Shown here: positions 18,569 to 28,499 of the stretch, one piece after another
Position numbering within the stretch: the stretch's first letter is position 1
Layout: each line of letters begins with the position of its first letter
Source of the DNA: Alkalispirochaeta sp.
Lineage (GTDB): Bacteria; Spirochaetota; Spirochaetia; DSM-27196; Alkalispirochaetaceae
Length of the DNA stretch: 64,000 nucleotides
NCBI GenBank assembly: GCA_965601925.1
Contig: OZ271854.1
Coordinates: 3,616,001 to 3,680,000, forward strand
Direction of reading: 5' to 3'
Made by a program: the position numbers and the translations under genes
Notes under the pieces: model-generated
The model's input: only the letters and a program-made list of their open reading frames with translations
Databases searched by the model: none
Told to the model about the DNA's origin: nothing

Positions 18569-18883
18569 ATGTACGCATTGGTAGAAATCAAAGGCAAGCA
18601 ATACAAAGCCGAGCAGGACGGCCGGATTAAGGTCGACCACATACCGTCCGATGAAGGCAGCACGGTACAGTTCTCCGAGGTCGTGCTGTTGCGGGACGGG
18701 GACACTATCGTTGTGGGGCAGCCCTTTGTCGAGGGCGCCGTCGTAACGGCGGAGATCGAGAGCCACGGCCGCGATTCCAAGGTGCGCGTCTTCAAGCATA
18801 AGAGACGCAAGAACTATCGTCGTACCCGAGGGCACCGCCAACACTATTCGGTGCTTCGCGTCAAGGAGATAGCCGGGGCGTAA
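18569..18883 (+). CDS. rplU: 50S ribosomal protein L21
   Basis: MYALVEIKGKQYK, KRRKNYRR..GHRQ. Confidence 0.98.
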   Translation: MYALVEIKGKQYKAEQDGRIKVDHIPSDEGSTVQFSEVVLLRDGDTIVVGQPFVEGAVVTAEIESHGRDSKVRVFKHKRRKNYRRTRGHRQHYSVLRVKEIAGA

Positions 18884-18893
18884 GCTCCTCTCC

Positions 18894-19235
18894 ATGATGG
18901 TACGAGTTACCGTTCATACCATCGGAGGGTTGCCGAGGCGGGTCGTTGCGAACGGCCACGCGTCGACTCCGGCGGGGGTCGACAGCACACCGTGTGCGGC
19001 GGTATCGCTGGTACTCAAAAGCTTCGGCCTTGCCGTGGCGAGTAACAAGACGTGCGTGGTTCGCGTCGAGACGGACGGCCCGGGTACGTTTAATATTGAA
19101 TTACGAGATTGCCGGACGGCCCATTGGTTGGAAGGCGTATGGACGATGGCCAGAATCTCCCTCATGGAAATAGAGGAGCAGTGGCCGGAAGAAGTCCGCA
19201 TGAATATCGTCGAGGAGAAGACAGATGGCACATAA
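18894..19235 (+). CDS. prp: Ribosomal-processing cysteine protease Prp (YsxB/DUF464)-like
   Basis: GHA and CAAVS motifs; located between rplU and rpmA. Confidence 0.8.
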   Translation: MMVRVTVHTIGGLPRRVVANGHASTPAGVDSTPCAAVSLVLKSFGLAVASNKTCVVRVETDGPGTFNIELRDCRTAHWLEGVWTMARISLMEIEEQWPEEVRMNIVEEKTDGT

Positions 19236-19485
19236 AAAAGGTGGCGGTAGCTCCAAGAACGGTCGCGATTCCAATGCTCAACGACTGGGTGTGAAGCGTT
19301 ACGGCGGCGAGTTGGTGAGCGCCGGCTCGATTCTGGTACGTCAACGCGGCACTCGTATCCATCCCGGTGAGATGGTAGGTCGCGGCAAGGACGATACTCT
19401 GTTCGCGAAGGCTGACGGAACCGTTCATTTTCATACCCGGCGGGGGAAGAAGCTCGTTTCGATTCAGCCGGTAGAGGCCGACTGA
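19225..19485 (+). CDS. rpmA: 50S ribosomal protein L27
   Basis: [32 protein letters not shown]. Confidence 0.98.
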   Translation: MAHKKGGGSSKNGRDSNAQRLGVKRYGGELVSAGSILVRQRGTRIHPGEMVGRGKDDTLFAKADGTVHFHTRRGKKLVSIQPVEAD

Positions 19486-19496
19486 GGAGTTCCTCT

Positions 19497-20561
19497 CTGT
19501 TTTCCGACGAGGCGGAGATCGAGGTCCGTTCCGGCAACGGCGGAAGTGGGGCGGTCTCCTTTCGTCGTGAGAAGTACATTCCCCGCGGCGGCCCCGACGG
19601 CGGCGACGGGGGCCGCGGTGGAGACGTCATTTTCACCGTCACACGCAACGTGAAGACGCTGGCGCATCTGAAGATGCGGCGGCGTTTTTTTGCAAAAAAC
19701 GGTCGTCCCGGCATGGGGCGCAAGATGGACGGCGCTCGCGGCGACGACGTCGTCGTCGCCGTTCCACCGGGAACGGTTGTGTACGACGGTGAATCGGGCG
19801 AGACACTTCTCGATCTCACCGACGAGGGCGCGTCGCAAGTCCTCTTTCGCGGTGGACGAGGAGGAAAGGGGAACACCCACTTCAAGTCGTCGACGCATCA
19901 AGCGCCTCGATTCTCACAACCCGGAGAGACCGGCGTTGAGCGGCTGCTGCGTGTCGAGCTTCAAATCATCGCCGACATCGGATTTGTCGGGTTGCCCAAC
20001 GCCGGAAAGTCGACGCTGCTCAAAGTCCTGACCGCCGCCGATCCCAAGATCGGAAACTATCCGTTTACGACCGTCATTCCCAATCTCGGCGTCATGCACC
20101 ATTACGAGCACGATGTCGTACTCGCCGATATTCCCGGGATCATCGAAGGGGCGAGCGACGGCGCCGGCCTCGGCCTGCAATTTCTCCGACACATCGCCCG
20201 CACCAAGGGGCTCGCCTTTGTGATCGACGCCGCCGACGCCGATCTTTTGGCTACCTATCGCACCCTTCGAACCGAGTTGGAGCGCTACGACGCGTCGCTC
20301 CTGCGGAAATCGCACCTCGTAGTCGTCACCAAGACCGATCTCCTCGAGAGCGGCGAGGCCGAACGTGGGACGGTCGACGCCTTTTTGACGGCGCTCCCCC
20401 AGCCGACGCCGGTACGGGACGATTCCGACGACGACTCGGAGACAGAGCGCTCCGAGTCCGGGCGGCTCGTTGCGACGGTGGAAGTCTCGGCCATGTCGAA
20501 TCGAGGCCTCGACTCACTCAGAGACGCTCTCTTCTCTCTGGGCGGAGTCGACGAACGGTGA
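19497..20561 (+). CDS. obgE: GTPase ObgE (probable CTG start)
   Basis: FSDEAEIEVRSGNGG..SFRREKYIPRGGPDGGDGG in frame upstream of the 19650 ORF; GLPNAGKST, YPFTT, DIPG, TKTD. Confidence 0.95.
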   Translation: MFSDEAEIEVRSGNGGSGAVSFRREKYIPRGGPDGGDGGRGGDVIFTVTRNVKTLAHLKMRRRFFAKNGRPGMGRKMDGARGDDVVVAVPPGTVVYDGESGETLLDLTDEGASQVLFRGGRGGKGNTHFKSSTHQAPRFSQPGETGVERLLRVELQIIADIGFVGLPNAGKSTLLKVLTAADPKIGNYPFTTVIPNLGVMHHYEHDVVLADIPGIIEGASDGAGLGLQFLRHIARTKGLAFVIDAADADLLATYRTLRTELERYDASLLRKSHLVVVTKTDLLESGEAERGTVDAFLTALPQPTPVRDDSDDDSETERSESGRLVATVEVSAMSNRGLDSLRDALFSLGGVDER

Positions 20562-21160
20562 CGACACATTCCGAGGCGCCGGCAGAGGTGTTTTTCGGCG
20601 GTACGTTCGATCCGATCCACATCGGACATCTGTTCGTCGCCGAGGAGGCACGTCTGGCGGTCGGCGCGACGACGGTGCTGTTCGTTCCCGCCGGCCGCAA
20701 CCCGCTCAAGGATGGGCCCACCGGTACAAGCCCGGAGGCGCGACTGGCCATGACACGTCTTGCAGTCCGGGAGAACCCGGCCTTTCGCGTCAGCTCTGCG
20801 GAGATCGAGCGCGGTGGTCCGTCCTACACGGTCGACACCGTCGAGACACTGGTCGCTTCCGGCGCACTCTGCCCGCGTCCCGCGCTTATCATCGGGGACG
20901 ACTTGATCGCGCAACTACCGCGTTGGAAGGACCCCGAGCGGCTCTTTGCCGCCGTACGCCTTATCGTCGTCACCCGTCATGCAACCGAGATCGAACGGTT
21001 GTCGGACTTCGTACCGGCCGATACGCTTACCATTCGCAACCCATCGATTCCCGTATCTTCCAGCGATGTCCGTGAGCGCTTGCGGGACAACCGCTCGGTC
21101 AGGTACCTTGTTCCGGACGTTGTGTATGAGTACATTCGAAGCCATTCGCTCTATCGGTGA
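20558..21160 (+). CDS. nadD: Nicotinate-nucleotide adenylyltransferase
   Basis: FGGTFDPIHIGH, SYTVDT, IIGDD, VSSSDVR. Confidence 0.95.
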   Translation: MTTHSEAPAEVFFGGTFDPIHIGHLFVAEEARLAVGATTVLFVPAGRNPLKDGPTGTSPEARLAMTRLAVRENPAFRVSSAEIERGGPSYTVDTVETLVASGALCPRPALIIGDDLIAQLPRWKDPERLFAAVRLIVVTRHATEIERLSDFVPADTLTIRNPSIPVSSSDVRERLRDNRSVRYLVPDVVYEYIRSHSLYR

Positions 21161-21704
21161 CGAGATCGTACATCGATTGTCTCACACGATGAGTTCCAAG
21201 CGATTCTCCCACACCTTGGGCGTCATCGATACCGGCATAGCGCTTGCCGAACGCTTCGGCGAGGACGTCGAGCGGGTGCGGCTCGCCGGCGCGAGTCACG
21301 ATATGGCTCGCGAGCTCAGTGAGGGGGCGCTTCTGGCGTTCGCCGCCGATTGGCAGTTCGATCTAACGCCCATTGAGCGTCGAATACCGGTGTTCGCCCA
21401 CGGGGCGCTTGCGGCGGCGCAACTATCGCGCCAGTTCGGTGTCGACGACGCGGAGTTGCTACATGCCGTACGTCACCATACGTTGGGCGACCCGCACTTC
21501 GGTACGTTCGGTCTGATCCTCTACGTCGCCGACTTTTGCGAGCCCGGGCGAAAGCACATAGAGGCGCGGACGCGCGAGGCCGTCCTGGCGCTTCCCAGCG
21601 TGGGCGAGATGGCAATTTACATCATCAAGTTTTCGAAACGTCGTTTCGGTTCGTTACTCGAGCCTACCGAGCGGCTCTACGAACGCCTTGCCGAGGAGGT
21701 TTGA
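21126..21704 (+). CDS. yqeK: HD-domain symmetrical Ap4A hydrolase
   Basis: RFSHTLGV, HD, HG, HHTLG, YVADFCEPGR; nadD-yqeK-LCP-rsfS synteny. Confidence 0.88.
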   Translation: MSTFEAIRSIGDEIVHRLSHTMSSKRFSHTLGVIDTGIALAERFGEDVERVRLAGASHDMARELSEGALLAFAADWQFDLTPIERRIPVFAHGALAAAQLSRQFGVDDAELLHAVRHHTLGDPHFGTFGLILYVADFCEPGRKHIEARTREAVLALPSVGEMAIYIIKFSKRRFGSLLEPTERLYERLAEEV

Positions 21705-22892
21705 ATGGCGGCCAAGTTGCTCAATACGACCGTCGTATTTCTCGTGCTCGTCGTCGTTGCGGTGGTGACGACGGTTCTGCTGCTCTACATACGCCTGCGT
21801 ACCGACGAGATCAGTACCGCGGCGGCGAACGGCGAGGTGATTCGAACCCTGATTATCGCGGAGGAAGAGGAGCGCCCCTTCTTGGCGTTTCTCCTGTTCT
21901 TTCATCCCGAGACGCACCGGGCGGCGATTCTCGACATTCCGGGATCCGTCGGCGCGGTACTGAGGCCCCTTGGACGCGTGGACCGCATTGACGCCGTCTT
22001 TTCCTCGCAGGACGTGTCCGCCTTTCGCAACGAGGTCGAAACGTTGACCGGCGTTCCGGTCTCCGTGTCGCTCGTACTCTCGCGCGCGCAGTTGATCGAC
22101 TTCATCGATTTATTGGGTGGTATGGAGCTGTTCATCATCGACGACTATCGGCGGTCCGATGAGGCCGCCGTCGCCATTCCGGTGGGAAATGTGCGTCTCG
22201 ACGGGCGCAAAGCGATAGACTACCTCCGCATGAACGATCAATTCGATTCCGATTTGGAAGCGACGGCGCGTCGACACGCCTTCGTCCAGGCGTTACTTCG
22301 CGAGATACAGGACAACGCCGACCTGTTAGTGCATTCCGAGGTCGTACCGATTCGCGATCGATTCATTGCGACCGATGCGGATCGGCGGGCGGTTACCTCA
22401 CTCTTCGGTCTCCTGGGCGAAATGGAGGCGGGACGCTTGGTACGGCGTCGAGTTCAGGGCACGATTCGTTCGGTCGAGGTCGACGGGGAGACGCAACGGC
22501 TTCTCTTCCCCCACTTCGAAGGGCAGTGGCTCAAGCAGTCGGTGCAGCAGGTTGAACAGAGTCTTGCGAGCGCCGAAGACGCGGCGTTCGATCAAGTGGT
22601 AGTCTCCATCGAGGTGCTCAACGGCACGCCGACCAGCGGCCTCGCCCGGCGGACGTCGGAGTTGTTCGAGAATTACGGGTTCGAGGTACAGCGATTCGGC
22701 AACGCCGACAGCGACCGCATCGAACGCACCATGGTCGTCGACCGCAGGGGCGCCGGCGATCTCGCACAGCGGGTCGCGCAGGTCATAGGCGCGCGCAGTG
22801 TCGTGACCGAGGTTACACCCGATAGCGACGTTGATGTTACACTGATACTGGGAAATGATTTTGATGGAACCGTCGTCCGACCGGCAAACTAA
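21705..22892 (+). CDS. LCP-family protein with LytR C-terminal domain
   Basis: N-terminal TM, IDLLGG, LDG..A.DYLR, VLNGT...GLA, D.TLILG.D. Confidence 0.88.
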   Translation: MAAKLLNTTVVFLVLVVVAVVTTVLLLYIRLRTDEISTAAANGEVIRTLIIAEEEERPFLAFLLFFHPETHRAAILDIPGSVGAVLRPLGRVDRIDAVFSSQDVSAFRNEVETLTGVPVSVSLVLSRAQLIDFIDLLGGMELFIIDDYRRSDEAAVAIPVGNVRLDGRKAIDYLRMNDQFDSDLEATARRHAFVQALLREIQDNADLLVHSEVVPIRDRFIATDADRRAVTSLFGLLGEMEAGRLVRRRVQGTIRSVEVDGETQRLLFPHFEGQWLKQSVQQVEQSLASAEDAAFDQVVVSIEVLNGTPTSGLARRTSELFENYGFEVQRFGNADSDRIERTMVVDRRGAGDLAQRVAQVIGARSVVTEVTPDSDVDVTLILGNDFDGTVVRPAN

Positions 22893-23259
22893 AGATCTCG
22901 TTGTCGACCTCGCCCGTTTTCTCGACGAGACCGGGGCGCGTGATATCGTTGCGCTCGACGTATCCGAGCAGTCCAGCTTCACGAGCTATTTCATTATCGG
23001 GGGTGCTACGAGCGTCGGGCAACTGCGCGGTCTCAAGCGACGTACCCACGAGCGTCTCGGAGAGTTGGGCCTACGGGCCCGTCAAAGTCCGAAGCGCGAC
23101 GATGAGAGCGGATGGCTTCTGATCGACTGCGACGATCTGATCGTACACTTGATGCTCGACGAGCAACGTCGGTTTTATGAGCTCGAGAAGTTGTGGTTTG
23201 ATGCGGAGGTCTTGTATCGTACCGAGGAGGAGAATGCCGGCGCGTCTGCGGAAACGTGA
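22864..23259 (+). CDS. rsfS: Ribosome silencing factor
   Basis: DIVALDV, YFII, WLLID.DDLIVH, R.FYELEKLW. Confidence 0.93.
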   Translation: MEPSSDRQTKDLVVDLARFLDETGARDIVALDVSEQSSFTSYFIIGGATSVGQLRGLKRRTHERLGELGLRARQSPKRDDESGWLLIDCDDLIVHLMLDEQRRFYELEKLWFDAEVLYRTEEENAGASAET

Positions 23260-23303
23260 CGAGTCGAGCCTCTGAACAAGGACGCGACATTCGACCAATT
23301 TGT

Positions 23304-23331
23304 TTGACAGTGTACTGGCTGGACTTATAAT
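23304..23331 (+). promoter_or_regulatory. Consensus sigma70 promoter TTGACA-16-TATAAT
   Basis: Both hexamers perfect, upstream of spoVG. Confidence 0.85.
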
Positions 23332-23367
23332 TGGATGTAGATAACCGGGCGCGAAGAGGAGCAGCCG

Positions 23368-23661
23368 ATGGAGATTACCGATATCCGCGTTCGCCGAGTC
23401 GGGGGTGAAGGCAAACTCAAAGCTTACGTTACGGTGACGCTCGACAATTGTTTTGTGGTTCACAACATCAAGGTCATTCACGGACGGAGCGGCACGTTCA
23501 TAGCGATGCCCAGCCGGAAGACCAAATCCGGCGAGTACAAGGATGTTGCCCACCCCATTAATTCCGAGTTCCGATCGTCCTTACAAGAGAAAGTTCTCGC
23601 CGCGTACGAGGAGGCGCTCGAGGATCCAACCTCCTTGAGTCCGGGCGACGACGACTATTGA
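23368..23661 (+). CDS. spoVG: SpoVG nucleic-acid-binding protein
   Basis: [26 protein letters not shown]. Confidence 0.97.
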   Translation: MEITDIRVRRVGGEGKLKAYVTVTLDNCFVVHNIKVIHGRSGTFIAMPSRKTKSGEYKDVAHPINSEFRSSLQEKVLAAYEEALEDPTSLSPGDDDY

Positions 23662-23707
23662 CGGCCCTTTCTCATGTAGAGTATGGTGTCGCCTCAAAAG
23701 CCGTCAT

Positions 23708-23779
23708 TGGGGCGTCGCCAAGTGGTAAGGCACCGGGTTTTGATCCCGGTATGCGCAGGTTCGAATCCTGCCGCCCCAG
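23708..23779 (+). tRNA. tRNA-Gln(TTG)
   Basis: Cloverleaf: TGGGGCG/CGCCCCA acceptor, CCGGG-TTTTGAT-CCCGG anticodon arm, GGTTCGAATCC; CCA not encoded. Confidence 0.97.
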
Positions 23780-23809
23780 CTGCTAATAGTTGAACGCAAG
23801 GAGACTCGC

Positions 23810-24427
23810 ATGGAGCAGAAGATTCTGAACGCGCAGGCCCGTGTCGAGACCGGCAAGGGGGTTGCCCGCCAACTTCGTCGGGACGGCCGTATTCCCGCGG
23901 TCGTATACGGGCACGATGAGCCGCAGGCTCTCTCAGTCGAGGCGCGAGAGTTTCACAGAGCCTTTCACACGGTATCGGAGAGCACGCTGATAAAATTGAA
24001 GCTGAGCGACCGCGACAGGGACGTACTGATCAAGGATTACACCGAAGATATCCGCACCGGAGATATCCTCCATATCGATTTTTACGAGATCGAGCGTGGG
24101 AAGAAGCTTCACACCCGTATCGCGATCGAGCTCAACGGGTCGCCGATCGGCGTCCGCGAGGGCGGCGTTTTGGAGCACACCTTGTACGAGGTAGATATCG
24201 AGTGCCTCCCTAAGGATCTTCCGGGGAATCTTGTCGTCGATGTTGCCTCCTTGAATACCGGCGATTCGCTGCACGTACGAGACTTGGTACTTCCGGAAGG
24301 AGTCAGAATTCTCAACTCGGCCGATCAGACCGTCGTCTCGGTAACGATCCCGCGCGCCGCGACCGAAGAGGTCGTCGAGGAAGAGGCGGAGGTCGCAATC
24401 GGAGAGGAACCGTCCGGAGACGAGTAG
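23810..24427 (+). CDS. rplY: 50S ribosomal protein L25/Ctc
   Basis: GK..AR.LRR.G.IPAVVYG, HIDF, GV.EGG. Confidence 0.96.
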   Translation: MEQKILNAQARVETGKGVARQLRRDGRIPAVVYGHDEPQALSVEAREFHRAFHTVSESTLIKLKLSDRDRDVLIKDYTEDIRTGDILHIDFYEIERGKKLHTRIAIELNGSPIGVREGGVLEHTLYEVDIECLPKDLPGNLVVDVASLNTGDSLHVRDLVLPEGVRILNSADQTVVSVTIPRAATEEVVEEEAEVAIGEEPSGDE

Positions 24428-24430
24428 TTT

Positions 24431-25015
24431 GTGTCTTCGCCGATTATTCTCGTAGGGCTGGGGAATCCCGGGGCGCGCTTCGACGGCAGCCGCCACAACG
24501 TCGGATTCGAGTTTATCGATTCCCTCGCCGGGGCACTCCGCTGCGAGCCCCGCAAGCGCTTCCTTAAGCCTCTTCGCCTCGGGGTATGCCGAGAACACGG
24601 CGTTGTCCTCGTGAAACCGCTTACCTACATGAATCGGAGCGGCCGCGTGATTCCGCGGCTGCTTCGACGGTTCTCAGCGCCATTGGATCACCTCGTTGTC
24701 GTAGTGGATAATATGGACTTACCGCCGGGAGAGATCCGCATGAAACGCCGCGGCGGTCCGACGACCCACAACGGCCTGAAGTCCATAGACGAAGCGCTGG
24801 AGAGCACCGAGTATCCCCGCCTCTACATCGGCGTCGGGCGTCCCTCGACCGGAGAGAGCGTTGTCGACCATGTGTTGGGAGCTTTCGACGATGCTCAGCG
24901 CGTGTCGGTAGACGATGCGATCGAGCGCGTATTGCCCATCGTGATCGATTCAGCACCATCCTTCCATATCGACCGACTGGTGAGCGGCGTCAACGCGCTC
25001 CGGCGAACGGTATGA
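24431..25015 (+). CDS. pth: Peptidyl-tRNA hydrolase
   Basis: VGLGNPG, RHNVGF, KPLTYMN.SG, HNGLKSI, GVGRP. Confidence 0.95.
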   Translation: MSSPIILVGLGNPGARFDGSRHNVGFEFIDSLAGALRCEPRKRFLKPLRLGVCREHGVVLVKPLTYMNRSGRVIPRLLRRFSAPLDHLVVVVDNMDLPPGEIRMKRRGGPTTHNGLKSIDEALESTEYPRLYIGVGRPSTGESVVDHVLGAFDDAQRVSVDDAIERVLPIVIDSAPSFHIDRLVSGVNALRRTV

Positions 25016-26463
25016 CCGCTCCGGCGGCGCGCTCCGTCCCCCATGTGATCTCGGCGGCGTTGGATGGACTGGGCGTCTCCACGACCGACACGATCGTGGT
25101 TGCCTGCTCCGGCGGCTGCGACAGCGTCGCCGTCGCCGCAGCGCTCCGGGAGGCGGGACGGCATCGTATCTGTCTAGGGTGGATCAACCACAATATCCGA
25201 GATTCCCGGAGTCTCGAGGGAGAGGCGCGTGTCGTCCGTAGCCTTGCTCGACGATTGAATGTTTCCCTGTATGAACGCACCGTTCCTCGGGGGGTGATCG
25301 TTCGAGAGGTCGAGGATGAGAAACGAAGTGTCGAAGAGGTCGCTCGGTCCCATCGGTACCGTCTACTCGCCTCCATCGCCCGTGAAGTCGCTCTCACGAC
25401 CTCCACGCGGGCGGTCGTGGTTACCGCTCACCACCGCGACGATGGAGCCGAGACGACGCTTATGCGCCTCGTCGCCGGCCACTCGCTGTTGGAGTCCGTG
25501 ACGATACCGCCCTCAAGACGCCTGGACGCACTCGATCCGGAGATTATGGTGTATCGGCCGGCCCTTTCGGTTGGGCGCGACGATCTGCGTTGCTACGCCG
25601 CTGAGCGTTCTCTGGAATGGGTACACGACGACAGTAACGACGATCCAAGATTTCTCCGTAATCGGGTTCGGAACCGCGTACTCCCGGTCGTGGACGAACA
25701 TCTACCGGGTGCATCATACCGCTTGAGTGCGGTCGGTCGCCATGCCGCGCGAATACGCGAAGCACTTTGGGCGCTCATTCCCGAGTCGGCACAAGGCGTT
25801 CACGACGGCCCGGACCGGTGGCGAATCGAGGCCAAGGCGCTCTTGGACCTACCCGAGGCGGCACGAGAGTTGGTGCTCCGCGAGGCGGTATATCGAATAT
25901 CCCGGCGAGAGCGGGCGCCGGGAGGTTTCATACGCGAAGCGTTGCGGCGGTTACGCGAGGAGACTACCCGGCGTACTTCGGCCGAGAGTGAGACAATATC
26001 GGGTGCCGATGTCGACATCGTGGTCGAGTCTGCGGCGATCATTGTCCGGCGCCGTGTTGTCCCAACTGGTCAAAGTGGGTATCTTTGGCTCGTGAAAGGG
26101 CCGGTATACCTTCGCTTTGCTTCCGGAGGGCCGTGGCCGTCGGTGGATACCGGCGAGAACGAGTCTCGTCAGCGCGATGCGAACGGAAACTGGTACGGAC
26201 CGCTCCATCCACCAACGGTAATACGCAGTCGTCGATCGGGAGACGCCATTTTATTCGATGCCCGCCGCCGTGAGCTGTCCGGAGTCTTGAAGAGAGCCGG
26301 TGTTCCGGCTCGCCGACGCGAATCCGTCGCGGTAATGGAGGACACGAGCGGGATCGCGGCTATTTTTGACGTCGACGGCGTCCGAGTGACGCGTGACGGA
26401 GTATCCGTTGCACGAGAACGCCACGCCGAAGAAGGCTGGGTATACGTCGGTGTCGTCAATTAA
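25012..26463 (+). CDS. tilS: tRNA(Ile)-lysidine synthetase
   Basis: SGGCDS, AR..RY, TAHH.DD..ET, RP, D.SN....RNR.R; precedes ftsH. Confidence 0.92.
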   Translation: MTAPAARSVPHVISAALDGLGVSTTDTIVVACSGGCDSVAVAAALREAGRHRICLGWINHNIRDSRSLEGEARVVRSLARRLNVSLYERTVPRGVIVREVEDEKRSVEEVARSHRYRLLASIAREVALTTSTRAVVVTAHHRDDGAETTLMRLVAGHSLLESVTIPPSRRLDALDPEIMVYRPALSVGRDDLRCYAAERSLEWVHDDSNDDPRFLRNRVRNRVLPVVDEHLPGASYRLSAVGRHAARIREALWALIPESAQGVHDGPDRWRIEAKALLDLPEAARELVLREAVYRISRRERAPGGFIREALRRLREETTRRTSAESETISGADVDIVVESAAIIVRRRVVPTGQSGYLWLVKGPVYLRFASGGPWPSVDTGENESRQRDANGNWYGPLHPPTVIRSRRSGDAILFDARRRELSGVLKRAGVPARRRESVAVMEDTSGIAAIFDVDGVRVTRDGVSVARERHAEEGWVYVGVVN

Positions 26464-26477
26464 GGATGCAATGAACC

Positions 26478-28499
26478 ATGCAGAATAACGATAATCGTGA
26501 CCCCCGTCGCCGGGGAGATCAAAACAACGACAACAACTTCAACTTCAATTTCCGCAACAATCGTTTTGCGCTGATTTTTCTCATCGCCCTATTGGGCATG
26601 TTCGTCGTGATGCTCTTTTCCAACACACAGAGCGCGGGACGGGAGATCGCGTACTCGCAATTTCTCGGGTATCTGAGAGAGGGGCAGGTCGAGTCGGTAC
26701 GTATCATCGACCAGTACGAGATACAGGGGACCCTTCGCACCGCTGCAGGCGAGACATCGGCGTTCGTTACCAACATCCCCTATTTCGATAGCGAGTTGAT
26801 CTCGCAACTGCGGGAGCGAGGTGTGCGCTTTTCCGGCTCTCCGCGTCCGGTATCTCCGTTTCAAGTCCTGATCGAGTTCCTTCCCTGGTTTATCGGGTTT
26901 TTCTTCATCTGGTTCATGTTTCGCCAAGTGCAGGGGAGCGGCAATCGGGCGTTTTCATTCGGGAAGAGTCGCGCCAAGCGGTATCTCGACGAAGGTGTGA
27001 AAATAACATTTGCCGATGTCGCGGGGCAAAAAGAGGCGAAGTACGAGCTTCAGGAAATTGTCGAATTCCTCAAGAATCCTCAAAAGTTTACCCGCATTGG
27101 CGCCAAGATTCCCAAAGGCGTGCTTTTGGTGGGAATGCCGGGTACCGGTAAAACGCTCCTCGCCAAGGCGAGTGCCGGCGAGGCAGGTGTCTCCTTTTTC
27201 CATATGAGCGGCTCCGACTTCGTCGAGATGTTCGTCGGTGTCGGCGCCAGCCGAGTTCGCGACCTCTTCGAGCAGGGGCGTAAGAATGCACCGTGTATCA
27301 TCTTTATCGATGAGTTGGACGCCGTCGGACGCACGCGCGGCGCCGGATACGGCGGTGGACACGACGAGCGGGAGCAGACGCTCAACCAGATGCTCGTCGA
27401 GATGGACGGTTTCGACACCAAGGACGGCGTTATCGTCTTGGCCGCGACCAACCGGCCCGACGTTCTCGATCCGGCGATTCTCCGCCCGGGGCGATTCGAT
27501 CGTCAGGTTGTGGTCGACATGCCTGATATGACCGAGCGCGAAGCGATTCTGAAAGTTCACTCGAAAAAGATCAAACTCGACCTCACCGTAGATCTCAAAA
27601 CGATCGCCCGTGCAACCCCCGGTTCAAGCGGCGCCGATCTTGCGAACCTCGTCAACGAGGCGGCGCTCTACGCGGCACGCAAGGATAAAGAGACGGTGAG
27701 CGCGGAGGACTTCGAGGAGGCGCGGGATAAGATTCTCATGGGCGTTGCGCGAAAATCGCGCATCATTAACGAGGAAGAGAAGCTCAAGACCGCACGCCAC
27801 GAGGCCGGCCACGCCCTGTTGCACTATTATCTTACCCACGCCGATCCGTTACACAAGGTGACGGTGATACCGCGCGGGAGGGCGTTGGGTGTCGCCTTCT
27901 CGCTGCCCGAACAGGACAGCTACAGCAAGGGCTCGGGATATCTTACCGACCGCATCAAAATCGCGTACGGCGGATACATCGCCGAGAAGATGTTCTACGA
28001 CGAAACCACGACGGGCGTGCAAAACGATCTCAAGCAGGCCACCGAAATGGCGCGACGCATGGTCGTAGAGTGGGGCATGAGCAAAATCGGACCGGTATCA
28101 TTCGGTCAGGAGGACGAGCCGATCTTTCTCGGAAAAGAGATTGCGACCCACAAGGACTACTCGGAGTCGACGGCTCAGACGATCGACGCGGAGATTCGGC
28201 GTATTCTTGATGATGCGTATCGCGATGCCGAGGCGATCCTGACCGAGCACAAAGAGCAGCTCGATACCCTCTCGTGGGCCTTGGTCGAGAAGGAGACGCT
28301 CTCGGATAAAGAGATTCGCGATCTGTTCGGATTTCCGCAACGCGAAGAACCGGCGCGCGAGGACGCGGAAACGAGCGACGACGAATCGGATCACCTCGTA
28401 ACCGACCGCGAGAACTCCGAGAGCGAGTCGGATCAGTCCAATCCCTCGAACGGGGAAATCGTCGATTCCGATGATTCGGAGCCCAGCGAACAGTCGTAA
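26478..28499 (+). CDS. ftsH: ATP-dependent zinc metalloprotease FtsH
   Basis: Two TMs, [36 protein letters not shown]. Confidence 0.98.
   Translation: MQNNDNRDPRRRGDQNNDNNFNFNFRNNRFALIFLIALLGMFVVMLFSNTQSAGREIAYSQFLGYLREGQVESVRIIDQYEIQGTLRTAAGETSAFVTNIPYFDSELISQLRERGVRFSGSPRPVSPFQVLIEFLPWFIGFFFIWFMFRQVQGSGNRAFSFGKSRAKRYLDEGVKITFADVAGQKEAKYELQEIVEFLKNPQKFTRIGAKIPKGVLLVGMPGTGKTLLAKASAGEAGVSFFHMSGSDFVEMFVGVGASRVRDLFEQGRKNAPCIIFIDELDAVGRTRGAGYGGGHDEREQTLNQMLVEMDGFDTKDGVIVLAATNRPDVLDPAILRPGRFDRQVVVDMPDMTEREAILKVHSKKIKLDLTVDLKTIARATPGSSGADLANLVNEAALYAARKDKETVSAEDFEEARDKILMGVARKSRIINEEEKLKTARHEAGHALLHYYLTHADPLHKVTVIPRGRALGVAFSLPEQDSYSKGSGYLTDRIKIAYGGYIAEKMFYDETTTGVQNDLKQATEMARRMVVEWGMSKIGPVSFGQEDEPIFLGKEIATHKDYSESTAQTIDAEIRRILDDAYRDAEAILTEHKEQLDTLSWALVEKETLSDKEIRDLFGFPQREEPAREDAETSDDESDHLVTDRENSESESDQSNPSNGEIVDSDDSEPSEQS

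Noticed and set aside
26478..26570. Asn/Phe-rich low-complexity FtsH N-terminus
   Set aside because: Short disordered tail; no evidence of a functional repeat
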